Positions 23,028-34,965 of a stretch of 64,000 nt of DNA are shown here, one piece after another (the stretch's first letter is position 1; the number at the start of each line of letters is the position of its first letter). The stretch is from Rhodospirillales bacterium (GTDB lineage: Bacteria; Pseudomonadota; Alphaproteobacteria; Bin95). The DNA lies in NCBI GenBank assembly GCA_038143065.1, contig JAYQLI010000035.1, positions 1,184,893-1,248,892 on the forward strand, given 5' to 3'. A model generated the notes under the pieces. The model ran no database searches and was not told the DNA's origin. It saw only the letters and a program-made list of their open reading frames with translations. A program made the translations under genes and the position numbers.

Positions 23028-23723
23028 TCATCCGTTTGAAGTATCCATAGTTTGTGCGGTTAGTTTAACCGCCAGATCCGCTGAAATCAGGGAATTCATA
23101 GAAAGGCGCATAACGGGGTATCTATTAAAAAGGCCGGTAAGTTTTTCATGTGAAGGAAAGACAACGCAACTGTGTTTCCGCGTAAACAGCTGCAGTTGTC
23201 CTGCCTCCATTCAAAAAACTAATCTCTCCGATAACTGATCCTGGGCCGAGTTGAGCTATTGCAAGATCCTTCCTTTAACTATCGCTTTGCCTTCAACTTT
23301 TACAAAAAGATTGTTGGAGGATATGTTTTCATCGAGAATTTGATACCCCTTTGAAAAAGATTTTCTTTCTGCGATATTCAATAAGCGCATGAATTCGACA
23401 GTATCGAAACCTCTAAAAATAGTAGAGTGGAGTTCACGTTCCTCCTCGGAAAAACGGACAGCTCTGCGTTCAGAAAAAATACCATAAATCCGCCACAGAT
23501 GGATTAGCGAAAATATAACGAGCCAAAAGATTACAAGCCAAAGTGGCCCGCCTGGCAAAAAGTAATTGTAGCTAATGCCTAACAAACCTGAAACTACGCC
23601 TAAAAAGCGCAAAAGCAGCATATCTCTCATTGCTAGTGAAGCAGCTGTTACCGCAAACGAAAGATGACCAACTAAATTTAAAAGGGTAATCTGATCCGCA
23701 AGCACTTCTTGGATCTCTAACAT
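23028..23723 (-). CDS. Popeye-like membrane protein with a C-terminal cNMP-binding-fold domain; two frameshifts (~23270, ~23155)
   Basis: TM N-terminus with MRDMLLLR; joining frames gives ...EGKAIV/KDLAIAQLGPGSVIGEISFLNGGRTTAAVYAETQLRCLSF/HEKLTGLFNRYPVMRLSMNSLISADLAVKL... Confidence 0.75.
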
Positions 23724-23728
23724 TCTAC

Positions 23729-24891
23729 TTAGCCAGAAACTTTCTTGAAGGGAGAAAATTCCTCGAGAAATTCAATCTCTTCTCCAACGGCTTCAAGCTC
23801 TCGCTCAAGAAAATCTCCGACAGCTCGTCTGAAATTAGGATCTACTATGTAGTGGATGCTGTAAGTTTGAGCGGGCAAATAACCTCTTTGTAACTTATGC
23901 TGCCCTTGAGCACCGGCTTCTACTCTTCTGAGACCCCGTTGGATGGCAAATTCGATAGCTTGGTAATAGCAAGCCTCAAAATGTAAATTCTTAAAATTGT
24001 CGGAACAGCCCCAATTTCTTCCGTACAGAGTATCTGAGCCAATCAAATTTAGAGCTCCTGCCACCCATTCTCCTTCATATTCAGCCATCACTAGCGCGAC
24101 ACGGTCAGGCATACGTTCATGAAGATAAGAAAAAAACGGTCGCTTAAGGTAATCCCAACCCCATTTCTTATCTGTTGTGTTTCTATAAAAGCGGTAGAAA
24201 GCGTCCCAATGCTCTGTTTTTAGACTTTCACCAGTAAAAACGCTCATCTTAACGCCTTGCTTATAAACTGCCTCGCGTTCCTTTTTTATGTTTTTTCGCT
24301 TTCGGCTCGAAAGAGCATCCAAAAAATCCTGGAATGTCTTGTAATTCGCGTTAGTCCAATGAAACTGTTGGCCGGATCTTTGAAGAAACCCTAGGCTCCC
24401 CATCCGTTCCCATTCCCCTCGGGTTAGAAAATTAACGTGAAGGGTAGCGACATTGGTTTGCTCAACAACCTTAAGTAAAGCCTGTACAAGAACGGTTTCA
24501 TAAGTCGCAATGTCTAAACCTGGACGGACTAAAAAACGCTTTCCAGTTACTGGGGTAAAAGGTACCGCCGATAAAAGCTTAGGTAGTACTGGCCACCTGC
24601 CTTTTCCCAAGCATGTGCCCAACTATGATCAAAGACGTACTCACCTTGCGAATGCCCTTTTAAATATAATGGCATCGCGGCAGCCATCACACCATTCGGA
24701 TCAGTTGCAACTATATGCCGAGGCAACCAACCCTCTTCTGCCGAAACTGAAAGACTCTCTTCTAATGAGCTCAGAAAGTCATGGCATAGAAAAGGGTTAT
24801 CCGCTCCAGCACATTCGTCCCAATCCGAACGATTTATGTCGGATATGCGCTCTAGCACGCGGACTTCGATATCACTTTCCCTATCAGCCAT
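23729..24891 (-). CDS. GNAT/FemAB-like protein (DUF482 family); frameshift at ~24585
   Basis: NPFLCHDFLSSLEES, YLKGHSQGEYVFDHSWA, VPFTPVTG, LYGRNWG, LHFEACYYQAI, EAGAQGQHKL. Confidence 0.9.
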
Positions 24892-24914
24892 TTATTTAAG
24901 CCATGGTAATAGGA

Positions 24915-25378
24915 CTAAGAGATCTCAAACACCGCATCTATTTCAACGGAGTAATTAAACGGTAAATTCGGTGCACCAACTGCAAAGCGTGCATGAGAAC
25001 CAATTTCTCCAAACACTTCTACCATTAAATCAGAAGCTCCATTAATTACTGCAGGTTGTTGATCAAAATCTGGAGAACAATTTACAAAGCCCCGAGTTTC
25101 ACGCAGCGCGAAACTCGGTCCAGATTGCCTTCAAGGGCCGCATTCAATTGCCCTAAAATAGCTAGCGCACAGGCACGAGCTGCCTTTAGGGCATGGTCAA
25201 TGTCTACTTCGGATCCAACTTTACCGATAAACTTTTCTGCACCAACTGCAGATACCTGACCAGAAATAAAAACCAAATTACCAGTGATCACAAATGGCAC
25301 GTAGTTAGCAACTGGCTTTGGGGCGTCGGGCAAATTAATCCCAAGCTCTTGTAATCGAGCAGCTACACGACCGGCCAT
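24915..25378 (-). CDS. RidA/YjgF family protein; frameshift at ~25085
   Basis: PVANYVP, FISGQ; in the second frame INGASDLMVEVFG..HARFAVG..LPFNYSVEIDAVFEIS* ends at 24915. Confidence 0.85.
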
Positions 25379-25483
25379 TCGAATATCCTCTCAATAATGA
25401 TTATCAATTGATCAGCTAAAAAATATTATACTTACACAAGGTTAATTGCCATGTTTGCTCCTCAAAACATGAGGCCAATAACC

Positions 25484-26197
25484 CTATTCCTTTTTCCTAC
25501 TTGCTTCATATCTCGCGATATTTTCAGCGTTCGGTGGGTATAGTCCAGGAAGAGATGCTCCGGCCTCAACCTCAGACATAATCCATTCTTCTTGTGCTTC
25601 TTGTTCTGCACCCTGAACTGCCACCTCTTCGACAATGGATCGCGGAATAATCACCGCACCATCGTCATCCGCGACAACAGCATCGCCGGGAACAATGCAC
25701 ACTCCCCCACACGCAATAGTCTCCTGCCATCCAACAAAGTGCAATGCTGCGACAGAAGGCGGTGCTGCTGCCCCTGTTGCCCAGACCGGTAAGCCAGTTC
25801 CCATGACGCCAGCCAGATCACGCATAACGCCATCAGTAATTAGACCTTGAACACCCTTTTTTACCATCCGCGCGCAAAGAATATCGCCAAAAATTCCAGC
25901 ATCAGAGGAGCCCATAGCATCAGCGACTACCATCGTTCCTGAGGGCATTGCCTCGATTGCGGCACGAGTGGAAACTGGAGATGACCAAGAAGCAGGGCTA
26001 GCTAAGTCCTCCCTGTAAGGAACAAAACGCAAAGTGAATGCAGGGCCAGCATGGCGTTCACCACCGGGTCTAAGAGGCGTAGCACGACGAATCCAGGTGT
26101 TTCGAAGCCCTTTCTTCAGAAGAACAGTGGTTAATGTTGCAGTCGTAATACCCGCCAATGTTTTAAAAACTTCAGGGGCAATTGGTTCTTCTTTCAT
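25484..26197 (-). CDS. RraA-like / HMG-aldolase family protein
   Basis: GPAFTLRFVPYRED, GIFGDIL, TDGVMRD, PGDAVVADDDGAVIIP. Confidence 0.85.
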   Translation of the reverse strand: MKEEPIAPEVFKTLAGITTATLTTVLLKKGLRNTWIRRATPLRPGGERHAGPAFTLRFVPYREDLASPASWSSPVSTRAAIEAMPSGTMVVADAMGSSDAGIFGDILCARMVKKGVQGLITDGVMRDLAGVMGTGLPVWATGAAAPPSVAALHFVGWQETIACGGVCIVPGDAVVADDDGAVIIPRSIVEEVAVQGAEQEAQEEWIMSEVEAGASLPGLYPPNAENIARYEASRKKE

Positions 26198-26258
26198 AAT
26201 GATCTCCTGACTGATCGAATGGCTGGCATACAAATAAATTTTAGCGTGTAATTATACT

Positions 26259-27574
26259 ATGATTAGTCAGTTGTCTCATACGCTCATATTTTTAACTGCA
26301 ATTATTATTTTTGCAGTAGCGCCAGCAGATAGCGAACCCGTTTCTGAATTGATTCTTCATCATCCTGGTGGTACCGCTACGCCCGAAATTATTGAACCTG
26401 ACACAGCTTTTTCCCGCCCAGTTGCAACACTGCCAAGTTCGGCTTTGCCGCATTTTACTGCTGGAGCGACACTCTTCTACACTCGATGGGTTGCGAGACC
26501 GGCTAAGCAGCCAGCCTTGAAGGCCTTGGTCCTTTGTTCAACGCACTTTCCTGCGAGCAATGCCATCGCAATGATGGCAGAGGGCGTCCGCCGAAAGATA
26601 ATATCGTTGAAGCTGAAGTAACGGGAACAGTGGTGAAATTTCCACTAAAAAGCCAAAATTATGGTCTGCAATTGCAAGACCGAGCTGTTGGGGGATTAAG
26701 ACCAGAAGGGCAACTTCAGCGGGTCATGTTTTCAAAAGAAGAATTTTACGCCGACGGGGAAAAAGTTACCCTGTTCTATCCGAGCTGGGCAATCACTAGT
26801 TTTAAGATAGCCCCACTTCCACAAACCTATTCAGTCAGAACAGCCCCTGCAATTTTTGGATTGGGACTTCTCGAAGCAATACCTGCACAGCGACTGGATA
26901 GTCTTGCTGACCCTGAAGACCAGAATAATGACGGCATATCCGGCCGACGAGGGATTGGGCGCTTTGGTTGGAGAGCTACGCAAACTTCTCTTCTACAACA
27001 AACTGCACATGCCTTAATTAACGATATGGGAATTTCATCAAATCTCTATCCCTCAGCTTTTGGCGATTGCACTATCAATCAAAAAAACTGTCATATGATG
27101 GCTGGCACAGGGTTAGAGGCAGATACAAAATTTCTGCAGACCGTTACAGACTACGTCGCTAACCTTGGGCCACCGCCCCGATCCGGCGAACCTGAAAAGT
27201 TCAAGGCTGGCCGCACTCTATTTCATAGCCTTAATTGCCATAGGTGCCACACTCCAAGTCACAAGACTGGAGAACATCGTCTTACTTGGTTATCTGGACA
27301 TAAAATCTGGCCTTACACTGATCTTCTTCTCCACGATATGGGAGACGGTCTTGCCGATGGTGGCGGAAGGGAATGGCGCACACCTCCTTTATGGGGGTTA
27401 GGCCGACACAAAGCAGTAAACGGCAACTCTTTCTATCTACACGATGGCCGAGCAATGACACTTGAACAAGCACTGTTGTGGCATGGTGGCGAGGCAGAGT
27501 CATCGCGCGAAAACTTCAAAAAACTACCTGTGACAGATAGGACTGCACTAATAGATTTTCTAGAAAGTTTATAG
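26259..27574 (+). CDS. Di-haem oxidoreductase (DHOR / thiol oxidoreductase family); frameshift at ~26510
   Basis: Signal peptide, PGG.AT, GLGPLFNALSCEQCH, GLGLLEAIP, GRFGW, CHRCH, YTDLLLHDMG, EWRTPPLWGLG, LHDGRA. Confidence 0.88.
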
Positions 27575-27667
27575 GCTTGGAAGGCCATCAAGCTACAGTC
27601 TTTACCATGCTGCTGATGAGCTTTACCTATACCTATCTTCGCTTTTACCCTGAGAGGGAACGCTTTA

Positions 27668-28294
27668 ATGCTCGATTTCTATTTCTCGCCAGGATCGTGT
27701 GCACTTGCCAGCCACATATTGCTAGAAGAGATCGGCGCCAAATACCAGTCACATCGGATCGACTTTTCTCAGAATGAGCAACAGGGTGAAGCCTACTTAA
27801 AATTAAATCCCAAAGGCCGAGTACCAGCACTTTCTACACAGAATGGCACTCTTACAGAAACACCCGCGATTTTAGTCTATTTAGCAGAAACACATGATCG
27901 GGGAGATCTCATTTTTAAAGCAGACCCCTATAGATTTGCTCGTATGCAGTCTTTTAATAACTACCTCTGCGCCACTGTACACGTTGCTCATGCGCACAAA
28001 GGTCGTGGACACCGTTGGGCAAGTGAACCGGGTGCCATCAAGGCAATGCAAGCCCATGTTCCTACGGCCATGTCATTATGCTTTGAGTATCTTGAAAATG
28101 AAGGAGTTACAGGTCCCTTCGTAATGGGAGAGACGTACTCCGTCGCAGACCCTTACCTTTATACGATTTGTCGCTGGGCTCCTGCGGACGGAGTTGATAT
28201 TAGCAAACTACCAAAAATAAAGGCTCATATGGAAATCATGGCCAAGAGAGAGTCTACCCTTCGCGCTCTTAGTGCGGAGGGACTTCAGCCTTGA
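27668..28294 (+). CDS. Glutathione S-transferase (beta-class-like)
   Basis: YFSPGSCALASHILLEE, NPKGRVPAL, LTETPAI, YSVADPYL. Confidence 0.92.
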   Translation: MLDFYFSPGSCALASHILLEEIGAKYQSHRIDFSQNEQQGEAYLKLNPKGRVPALSTQNGTLTETPAILVYLAETHDRGDLIFKADPYRFARMQSFNNYLCATVHVAHAHKGRGHRWASEPGAIKAMQAHVPTAMSLCFEYLENEGVTGPFVMGETYSVADPYLYTICRWAPADGVDISKLPKIKAHMEIMAKRESTLRALSAEGLQP

Positions 28295-28326
28295 AGGAAA
28301 GTCTTAACCTTACTTCGAAGACCTTT

Positions 28327-30122
28327 TTATAGTGATAGTAATTCTTGAGCTGTCTCGAGTGAAATTGGAGCATCTTCTAACAATACTGATGTTGCTTGAG
28401 CATCAAATTGCCCCCTTCAAGAGTAAAGGGATCGGCTGAATTCAATCGCCGATCAAGCACAAGACGAGCAATCAAAAGCCTTCGAGCATCTCCCCCAGAG
28501 GCACCTAGAACAGCCCCCTCTGCCGCCATCAAAGCTGCAGTATGTGCATTATACAAACCCGCCGCAGCCCGCCGACAGTGATGTTCATTTACCGGATCAC
28601 TCGCAACTAAACGTGCGAATTCGATTGCTCGATCTAATGTTTGTAAAAGTCTTGATTTGAATTGGCCTGGACATCCTCCGGCCGCATCTAACCACTGAAT
28701 AACATCTTCACGAAGGGCCTGCTCGGCATGCTCTTTACCCACTGCACGCATGACAACATCAATTGCATTCATATTCGTCGTGCCTTCCCAAAGAAGGCCG
28801 ATCTGCGCATCCCGTATCAGCCGGGCATTCACCCATTCCTCTATGTATCCGAGACCCCCACGTGTCTCCATTGAAGCTGTGGCAACTGGTACATTATCTC
28901 GGCAAGCCATCATCTTTAGCAGAGGAGTAGCGATACGAAGGGCTTTGGTTCCTGCTTCGTCATCATTGTTCGCTCGTCGCATGGCGGACGCAGCGTAAAA
29001 AAATGCTGTCAGCGCTTGCTCAGTCGGGATCAATATATCTAGTAATTGTCCACGCATTAAAGGCTTGCAAACTACTGGCTCACCAAATTGTCTTCGGAAG
29101 CGAGCAGCTGCAAGGGCCTCGTTTAAGCACCGACGCATCATACCCGCAGCGCGCACACCGTGAGAAAGTCGAGATAGGTTTACCTGGCGAAGCATTTGTT
29201 TAATGCCATTCTCGACATCGCCTACAGCATACGCCAACGCACCATCAAAAATTATTTCACCTGATGCCATCGACTTGGTCCCAAGTTTATCTTTGAGACG
29301 TACTATTCTGTAACTGTTGCGACTGCCATCCTCTAAGCGCCTTGGCATTGCAAATAAGCCCAAACCTTTGGTGCCAGCAGGTGCTCCCTCCACGCGCGCC
29401 AAAAGCAACGCTACATCGGCATCGGCATGTGAACAAACCATTTTTCCCCATACAGGCGCCAATGCTCTCCATCTGGTACCGCCATCAAAGTTGCTTCGCC
29501 AACATCCGAACCTGCCGCTTTTTCAGTCATGAATTGCGTGCCAGTTAGACGTTTATCAAAATCAAGTGTGGTCAAACCCTCCCAGAACATTTCTTTTAAC
29601 TTAGGGTTGTCATTCCATTCGAAGTGGTAAGCCGAAGTTTCGGATACAGAAAGAGGACAAAGGAGGCCAAATTCTGACTGAGAGAACATGTACTGAAACG
29701 CATATTTCACTGGAGGCGATGTTATCTCGGGCCAACCAAGGGCTCCTGGACGATGAGCCATTGCTGCCATCTGAAAGTCGCCCCAGCAAATCTTTTCCAT
29801 CTCTGTATGCAGGGTGGTATTCAATCCAATCGATATCTCGCCCAAAACGATCTCTTGATGAAGCACGGGGACCATTTTTATCAGCAACCATGGCAAGCTG
29901 ATTTAGCTGACCACCAGCCACCTCACCCATTCTCTCAAAGTGCGGACTGAAATGATCCAGTTCTGCTTGGGTTAAATAAAGGGGCAGTAAACTTTGAAAC
30001 TGGTGATCAATATCAAAAAAATTTAAGCCCGCACAATCAGGTGGAATTCTGTCACTATCTGACTGCCCTGGACGAATAGCAGAACGGAATGCAGGGCTAC
30101 TCGAGGAGGTATCTGGGCTCAT
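28327..30122 (-). CDS. AidB-like acyl-CoA dehydrogenase; several frameshifts
   Basis: Fragments in different frames: IEYHPAY, SEFGLLCPLS, QFMTEKAAGSD, RLKDKLGTKSMASGE, RDAQIGLLWEGTTN; true stop probably at 28327. Confidence 0.85.
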
Positions 30123-30187
30123 AATTTCTAGCTCTCAAGTTAAGCAAAATTTATAAAAATCTTAATCAATCTCGTCACTATACGAAA

Positions 30188-30832
30188 TCAAGCAGATGCC
30201 ACGCTACCACGCTCAACAACATACATCCGGTCCAACAACCCCGCACAGTGTGCCGTATTAGACTCCGCGATAAGTATAGTTACGCCCTCTGCCTTTAAAT
30301 TAGAGAGAATTTCAGACATTCTCTTTGCTAGAGCCGGGGCAATTCCTTCCGACGGCTCGTCCAAAAGCAGCATACGCTTGCCAACAAGAAGAGCGCGGGC
30401 AAGAGCAGCTAGTTTCTGCTGACCTCCAGAAAGACTAGTGGCCGGGCGATTACGAAACTCCCTGGCCTCCGGGATAAGTGAGTAAACCCACTCAAGCCTT
30501 GCTTCCCAGTCCTCAATTCCCACCGCCCAAACCGGGATCATAATATTCTCCTCCACCGTCAATGAAGGCACCAATTTGCGATCCTCTGGCATGTAGCCAA
30601 ACCCAAGCCCAGCGCGCTTTTGTGAAGGCAAGACGGTTAAATCAACATCATCAAATTTTATTTGTCCTGAAACTGCGTTTAGCAATCCCATTACAGAACG
30701 AAGAAAAGTCGTTTTGCCCGCCCCATTTCGCCCAATGAGACCAACCATTTCGCCGGCTTCAATACGGAGAGAAGCATCCTGCAGAATGCGGATTGGTCCG
30801 ATATCCACGTTTAGTGCTTTAACTTCAAGCAT
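30188..30832 (-). CDS. Liv-type ABC importer ATP-binding subunit (LivF-like)
   Basis: GRNGAGKT, LSGGQQK, LLLDEPSEG. Confidence 0.9.
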   Translation of the reverse strand: MLEVKALNVDIGPIRILQDASLRIEAGEMVGLIGRNGAGKTTFLRSVMGLLNAVSGQIKFDDVDLTVLPSQKRAGLGFGYMPEDRKLVPSLTVEENIMIPVWAVGIEDWEARLEWVYSLIPEAREFRNRPATSLSGGQQKLAALARALLVGKRMLLLDEPSEGIAPALAKRMSEILSNLKAEGVTILIAESNTAHCAGLLDRMYVVERGSVASA

Positions 30833-31619
30833 GAATAGCGTCTTCGCTAGCATTCATGTTGGGCGCATGCTCACCACCAATCACGTATTCAATAACTCGC
30901 GGATTTATAAGAGCTTCTGCTGGGGGAGCATCACATATAATTTCACCTTGGTAGAACGCTAGAACTCGATCTACGTAACGCTCGACGATCTCCATATCGT
31001 GCTCGACAAATAAAACGGTCGCTCCCTGCTCTCTAAGGGCCTGGATCACAATGTCCATTATTCCAAACTTTTCCTCAACTGAAACTCCTGAGGTTGGCTC
31101 ATCCAGAAGGAGGATTTTGGGATTGGAAACTACTGCCATGGCAATATCCAGGAGTTATCGCACCCCCTGGGAAAGGGTGCTGGCGACTTGGTCTCTATGA
31201 CCAGTAATATTGTAGAGCTCCATCAACTTTTCACACTCAATCAGTAAATCAGGTGCTCTGGGAGACTGCAGCATCGCACGACCGGCTTGCTTACAGATTG
31301 AAAGCGCTGTCAGAAGGTTCTCTTCAACAGTCATACTCATAAAGACCTGTGATACCTGAAATGAGCGGCAAACGCCCACATGGGTCGCATTCCTTGGCTC
31401 AATGCCTGTGATATCTTTGCCCTGAAATTCAATTTTACCGCTTGTGGGCTTTAGGTAGCCCGTAATCATATTCACAAAAACAGTCTTGCCTGCGCCGTTA
31501 GCTCCAATGATTCCAATGATTTCCCCATCTGCTGCCTCCACATTGAGGTTGTTGGCAGCCATTATGCCGGAAAAAGATTTACAGAGATCAGTGACCTTTA
31601 AAGCTGGCACTACGGTCAT
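30825..31619 (-). CDS. Liv-type ABC importer ATP-binding subunit (LivG-like); in-frame TAA at 31155
   Basis: GANGAGKT...LSQGVR[*]LLDIAMA...LLLDEPTSG, VEHDM; both ORF pieces are in the same frame. Confidence 0.88.
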
Positions 31620-32565
31620 GATGAAACTCCTCTTCGCTTCCAAATTCGCTCTAACAAGGACCAGAGTCCCATCGGAAGGAAGAAAATGATGCCAAGCAAA
31701 GTGGCACCCACTATGAGTTGCCAAGCTTCAGGTGCAAGTTCAAAGGCGTAGGTTCTTAAAAATTCAAACACAACACCACCAAGAAAAGGTGCGATAACGC
31801 TACCTGGTCCAGCCATCACACTGATGAAGACCAACTCACCGGAAACCGGCCAATTCACCATTGAATCCGGATCTACTTGACCGAGCGCCATAGCAAGTAC
31901 CGCACCAGAAGCTCGCCAATCCAGCAGACATAATATATTTTAGATGAATTGCTCGAGCGACTGAGAAACCAAGATATTCAACGCGAAGCTCGTTATCCCT
32001 GATAGCAGTCGTTAGGGTTCCAAGGGCAGTTTTTAGATAACATTGAACAAGAACAGCACCTACCGCACAGACAAAAACAATTGCAGCAAATAGGGCATAT
32101 TTGTTCTCGGGGGTCCATCCCAGGATTGTAGTTTGAGATACCGAAAATCCATCAGTTGACCCTAAGCTCGACCTTAACAAGGATCCGTACAGAACCATAG
32201 AAAATGCCAGATTCAGCATCGCAAAGAAGATCCGCGATATTTTCTTAGAATAAAGCCTAGGAAAAACCCACAAATGCGGAGGTACCAACCGCAAGGAATA
32301 ACCGAAGAAAGATATCCGAAATTCCAAAATTGCGATCAACCAAACCCACCACATAGGCGCCAATGCCAAAGTAAAGAGCATGGCCAAATGAAATTAATCC
32401 CGTTCTCCAAAGTACCATAAGACCCAGGACTGCAAGACCTCGCGCCAAACCAAACATAATGTTGTTTTGGACCCAGGCCTCCATAAAGTAGCCCGCGACA
32501 GCGAGCACGAAAAATCCGAGCACTGCCCATCGAATTGTGGCATCGTTTTTTAATATTTGGATCAT
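31616..32565 (-). CDS. Liv-type ABC importer permease (LivM-like); frameshifted
   Basis: TGLISFGHALYFGIGAY, FAMLNLAFS, AIRDNELRVEYLG, SGELVF spread over three frames. Confidence 0.85.
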
Positions 32566-32576
32566 TAGTTAGGTTC

Positions 32577-33475
32577 CTAAATTGTCCGAGCCTTAGAGGC
32601 GCAAAAAGCCCTTCAGGACGAACGATTAAGACACCTGCCATTACGGCAAAAACAACAAAAAGCTCCAACTCAGGAAATTTATGGACGGCAACAGCTCGTA
32701 AAACGCCAACCAGAATTGAGCCAATTAACGCTCCAGGGATTGAACCCATACCTCCGATTACAACAACAGCAAAGCTAAGAACAATGACATCAATGCCAAA
32801 TCCCGGTGCGACTGATGTAGTCGGTGCCACATAAGCTCCACCAAGCGCGCCAAGTGCAGCCCCAATGATAAATACTATGAGGTAAACAGCGGAGACATTA
32901 ATACCCATAGCCTGACTTATTTCTCGATCATAAATCACGACAGCTATTAATTTGCCCCATTTTGTCTTGGTTAGAACCCACCAACAGCTAACCGCTACCA
33001 CGATAGCCAGAGCAAAAAGTGTCAGAGAGTATACATCGCGAAACACTCCGCCAATTACAACGTTTCCAAGGACAGCCATTGGTTGATAGGCAAAATAAGG
33101 ATCGACTCCAAAAACTAAGAGTATGGCGTCCTCCAAACAGAGAAATACACCAAAAGTTGCAAGTGCAATTAAAACCTCGTCCTGTGCATACATCCGTCTA
33201 AGAACCAATCGTTCTAAAATGGTACCTAGGACCAATCCAACAATGATGGAGGACGCAAAAATCAAAAGGAAACCGATCCAGTCGGGATAACCTAACTCTC
33301 CCGCTTGGGTTATCGAAAACGCTGCCGCATAGGCCCCCCAAGCGTAAAATGCTCCATGAGCAACATTCAGGAGCTTAAGAACCCCAACGACAATAGTGAG
33401 GCCTACTGAGACAATAAACAGGAATGAGGCATAGTTCAGTCCGTCTAAAAGGATAGTCACGACCTGAGCCAGCAT
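32577..33475 (-). CDS. Liv-type ABC importer permease (LivH-like); frameshift in the last codons
   Basis: GLTIVVGVLKLLNVAHG, VVVIGGMGSIPGA, RPEGLF; restored end FAPPKARTI* at 32577. Confidence 0.88.
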
Positions 33476-33523
33476 ATTCAAGTACCTCACACCTAAACCA
33501 AATCAACCGAATTTCAAATAAAC

Positions 33524-33553
33524 GACCGGGGCAACGTTTCCATCGCCCCGGCC
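33524..33553 (-). terminator. GAAA-tetraloop hairpin between the substrate-binding and permease genes (mRNA stabiliser or attenuator)
   Basis: Minus strand GGCCGGGGCGAUG-GAAA-CGUUGCCCCGGUC, a 13-bp stem with G-U pairs, followed by GUUUAUUU. Confidence 0.65.
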
Positions 33554-33578
33554 AATAGGTACCTTTTAAAATACTATC

Positions 33579-34901
33579 TTAGTCGCACTTAGCACCTGGC
33601 ATTCCTTGGTTAAGCCAATCCTCCGAGAGGATCCCTTCAGGAGGATTTATACATTCAGCACCATAAAATCTAACTTTCTCAACCCCTGGCTCGCCCTTTT
33701 TGGCATCCCACTTCGTTAGACCATAACCTACCGGATGTATTGCCTGTCGACCTTTAGCAAGAGCCATTGAGACTTCCCCATCGAAGCTTTGGAAGCTAAT
33801 ACCCTTCAATGATTGCATAACGTCATCTTGGCTTGGAAATCCGCCGGCTGCCTGAGCTGCTTTGTCCATTCCTAGCTTGTAATAAAGGATTGCTTTTGCA
33901 TATTGATAAGAGGGAGCAAGCGGATAAACGCCATACTTGGTTTTGTACTCACGAACGAACCATGCATTGAGAGGATCACTGAGATCATTGCGCACTAGCA
34001 AGCCATACTTGCCTCGCGTGCCTATTACGACGCCATCGGGAATTTTTTTACCCAAACTATCTACGGCAGACGCACCGGTCACTGAGACTAACTTCTTTTG
34101 CTGAAAGAAGCCTCGCACCATTCCTTGAAGCATAAATGCTTCAATATCACCATCCCAAAACGAGGTATGCACCACTGCCGACTTGTCCAGAAGCATGGTT
34201 GAAATTTCAGCTGAGTATTGACCAGAGAACAGCTTAGGAAACTGTGGTTTACTTGAAGCCTTGCTTGTTGGATCAAGCTTCTGCATCGCTAGGCTATAAA
34301 ATTTCCAGCTATCCTGACCCCAAGCATAATTTTGATTTATTCCAGTGTAAGTCTTAAGCTCCGGGAACATCTCGATCATATAACGAGCTGCAGCAATAGA
34401 ATCACCAACAGCGTTTCCTTGGGTCCTGAACACATGCGAACGATCTTTTTCCTCGAAGAGACGCGGAGTACCACAAACTGACATTATGGTCAGCTTCTGC
34501 AACTCATCGGCTATTGGTGCAATTGCCATACATGACCCAGACGATATGTACCCAATGACGGCATCAACCTTTTGCTTCTCAACCAGATTTCGATACTCTG
34601 CTACCTGCTTGGCACCACCTCCAGATTCATCAATAAAAAGAGGCTCTAACGTAGCCCCACCAAAACCTTTTGAATTGTGAGGAGCAGGCAACGTACCAGC
34701 ATTGATTGCGTCAATGACCAATTCAGCACCATTTTTTCCAGGCACTCCAAATGGCCCAGCCGCAGGCCCACTTAAAAAAGTTACAACCCCCACCTTGATC
34801 GTATCGTTTGCAGATGCAGCCCCCGCCGTCACAGTAGTAAGCAGAAGGCAACTTGCCAAAGCTGCAAGACGAGGTTTAGTGCGAGACAGTATACTCAACA
34901 T
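33579..34901 (-). CDS. Periplasmic substrate-binding protein, type I (Liv-like)
   Basis: Signal peptide, IKVGVVTFLSGPAA, VIGYISSG, NQNYAWGQDSW. Confidence 0.9.
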   Translation of the reverse strand: MLSILSRTKPRLAALASCLLLTTVTAGAASANDTIKVGVVTFLSGPAAGPFGVPGKNGAELVIDAINAGTLPAPHNSKGFGGATLEPLFIDESGGGAKQVAEYRNLVEKQKVDAVIGYISSGSCMAIAPIADELQKLTIMSVCGTPRLFEEKDRSHVFRTQGNAVGDSIAAARYMIEMFPELKTYTGINQNYAWGQDSWKFYSLAMQKLDPTSKASSKPQFPKLFSGQYSAEISTMLLDKSAVVHTSFWDGDIEAFMLQGMVRGFFQQKKLVSVTGASAVDSLGKKIPDGVVIGTRGKYGLLVRNDLSDPLNAWFVREYKTKYGVYPLAPSYQYAKAILYYKLGMDKAAQAAGGFPSQDDVMQSLKGISFQSFDGEVSMALAKGRQAIHPVGYGLTKWDAKKGEPGVEKVRFYGAECINPPEGILSEDWLNQGMPGAKCD

Positions 34902-34965
34902 TTTCTTTTACCTTTTCCTAGACTTTGAAACAGCTCTAAGGTCCAAAGATTTTTGATTATCGTTA

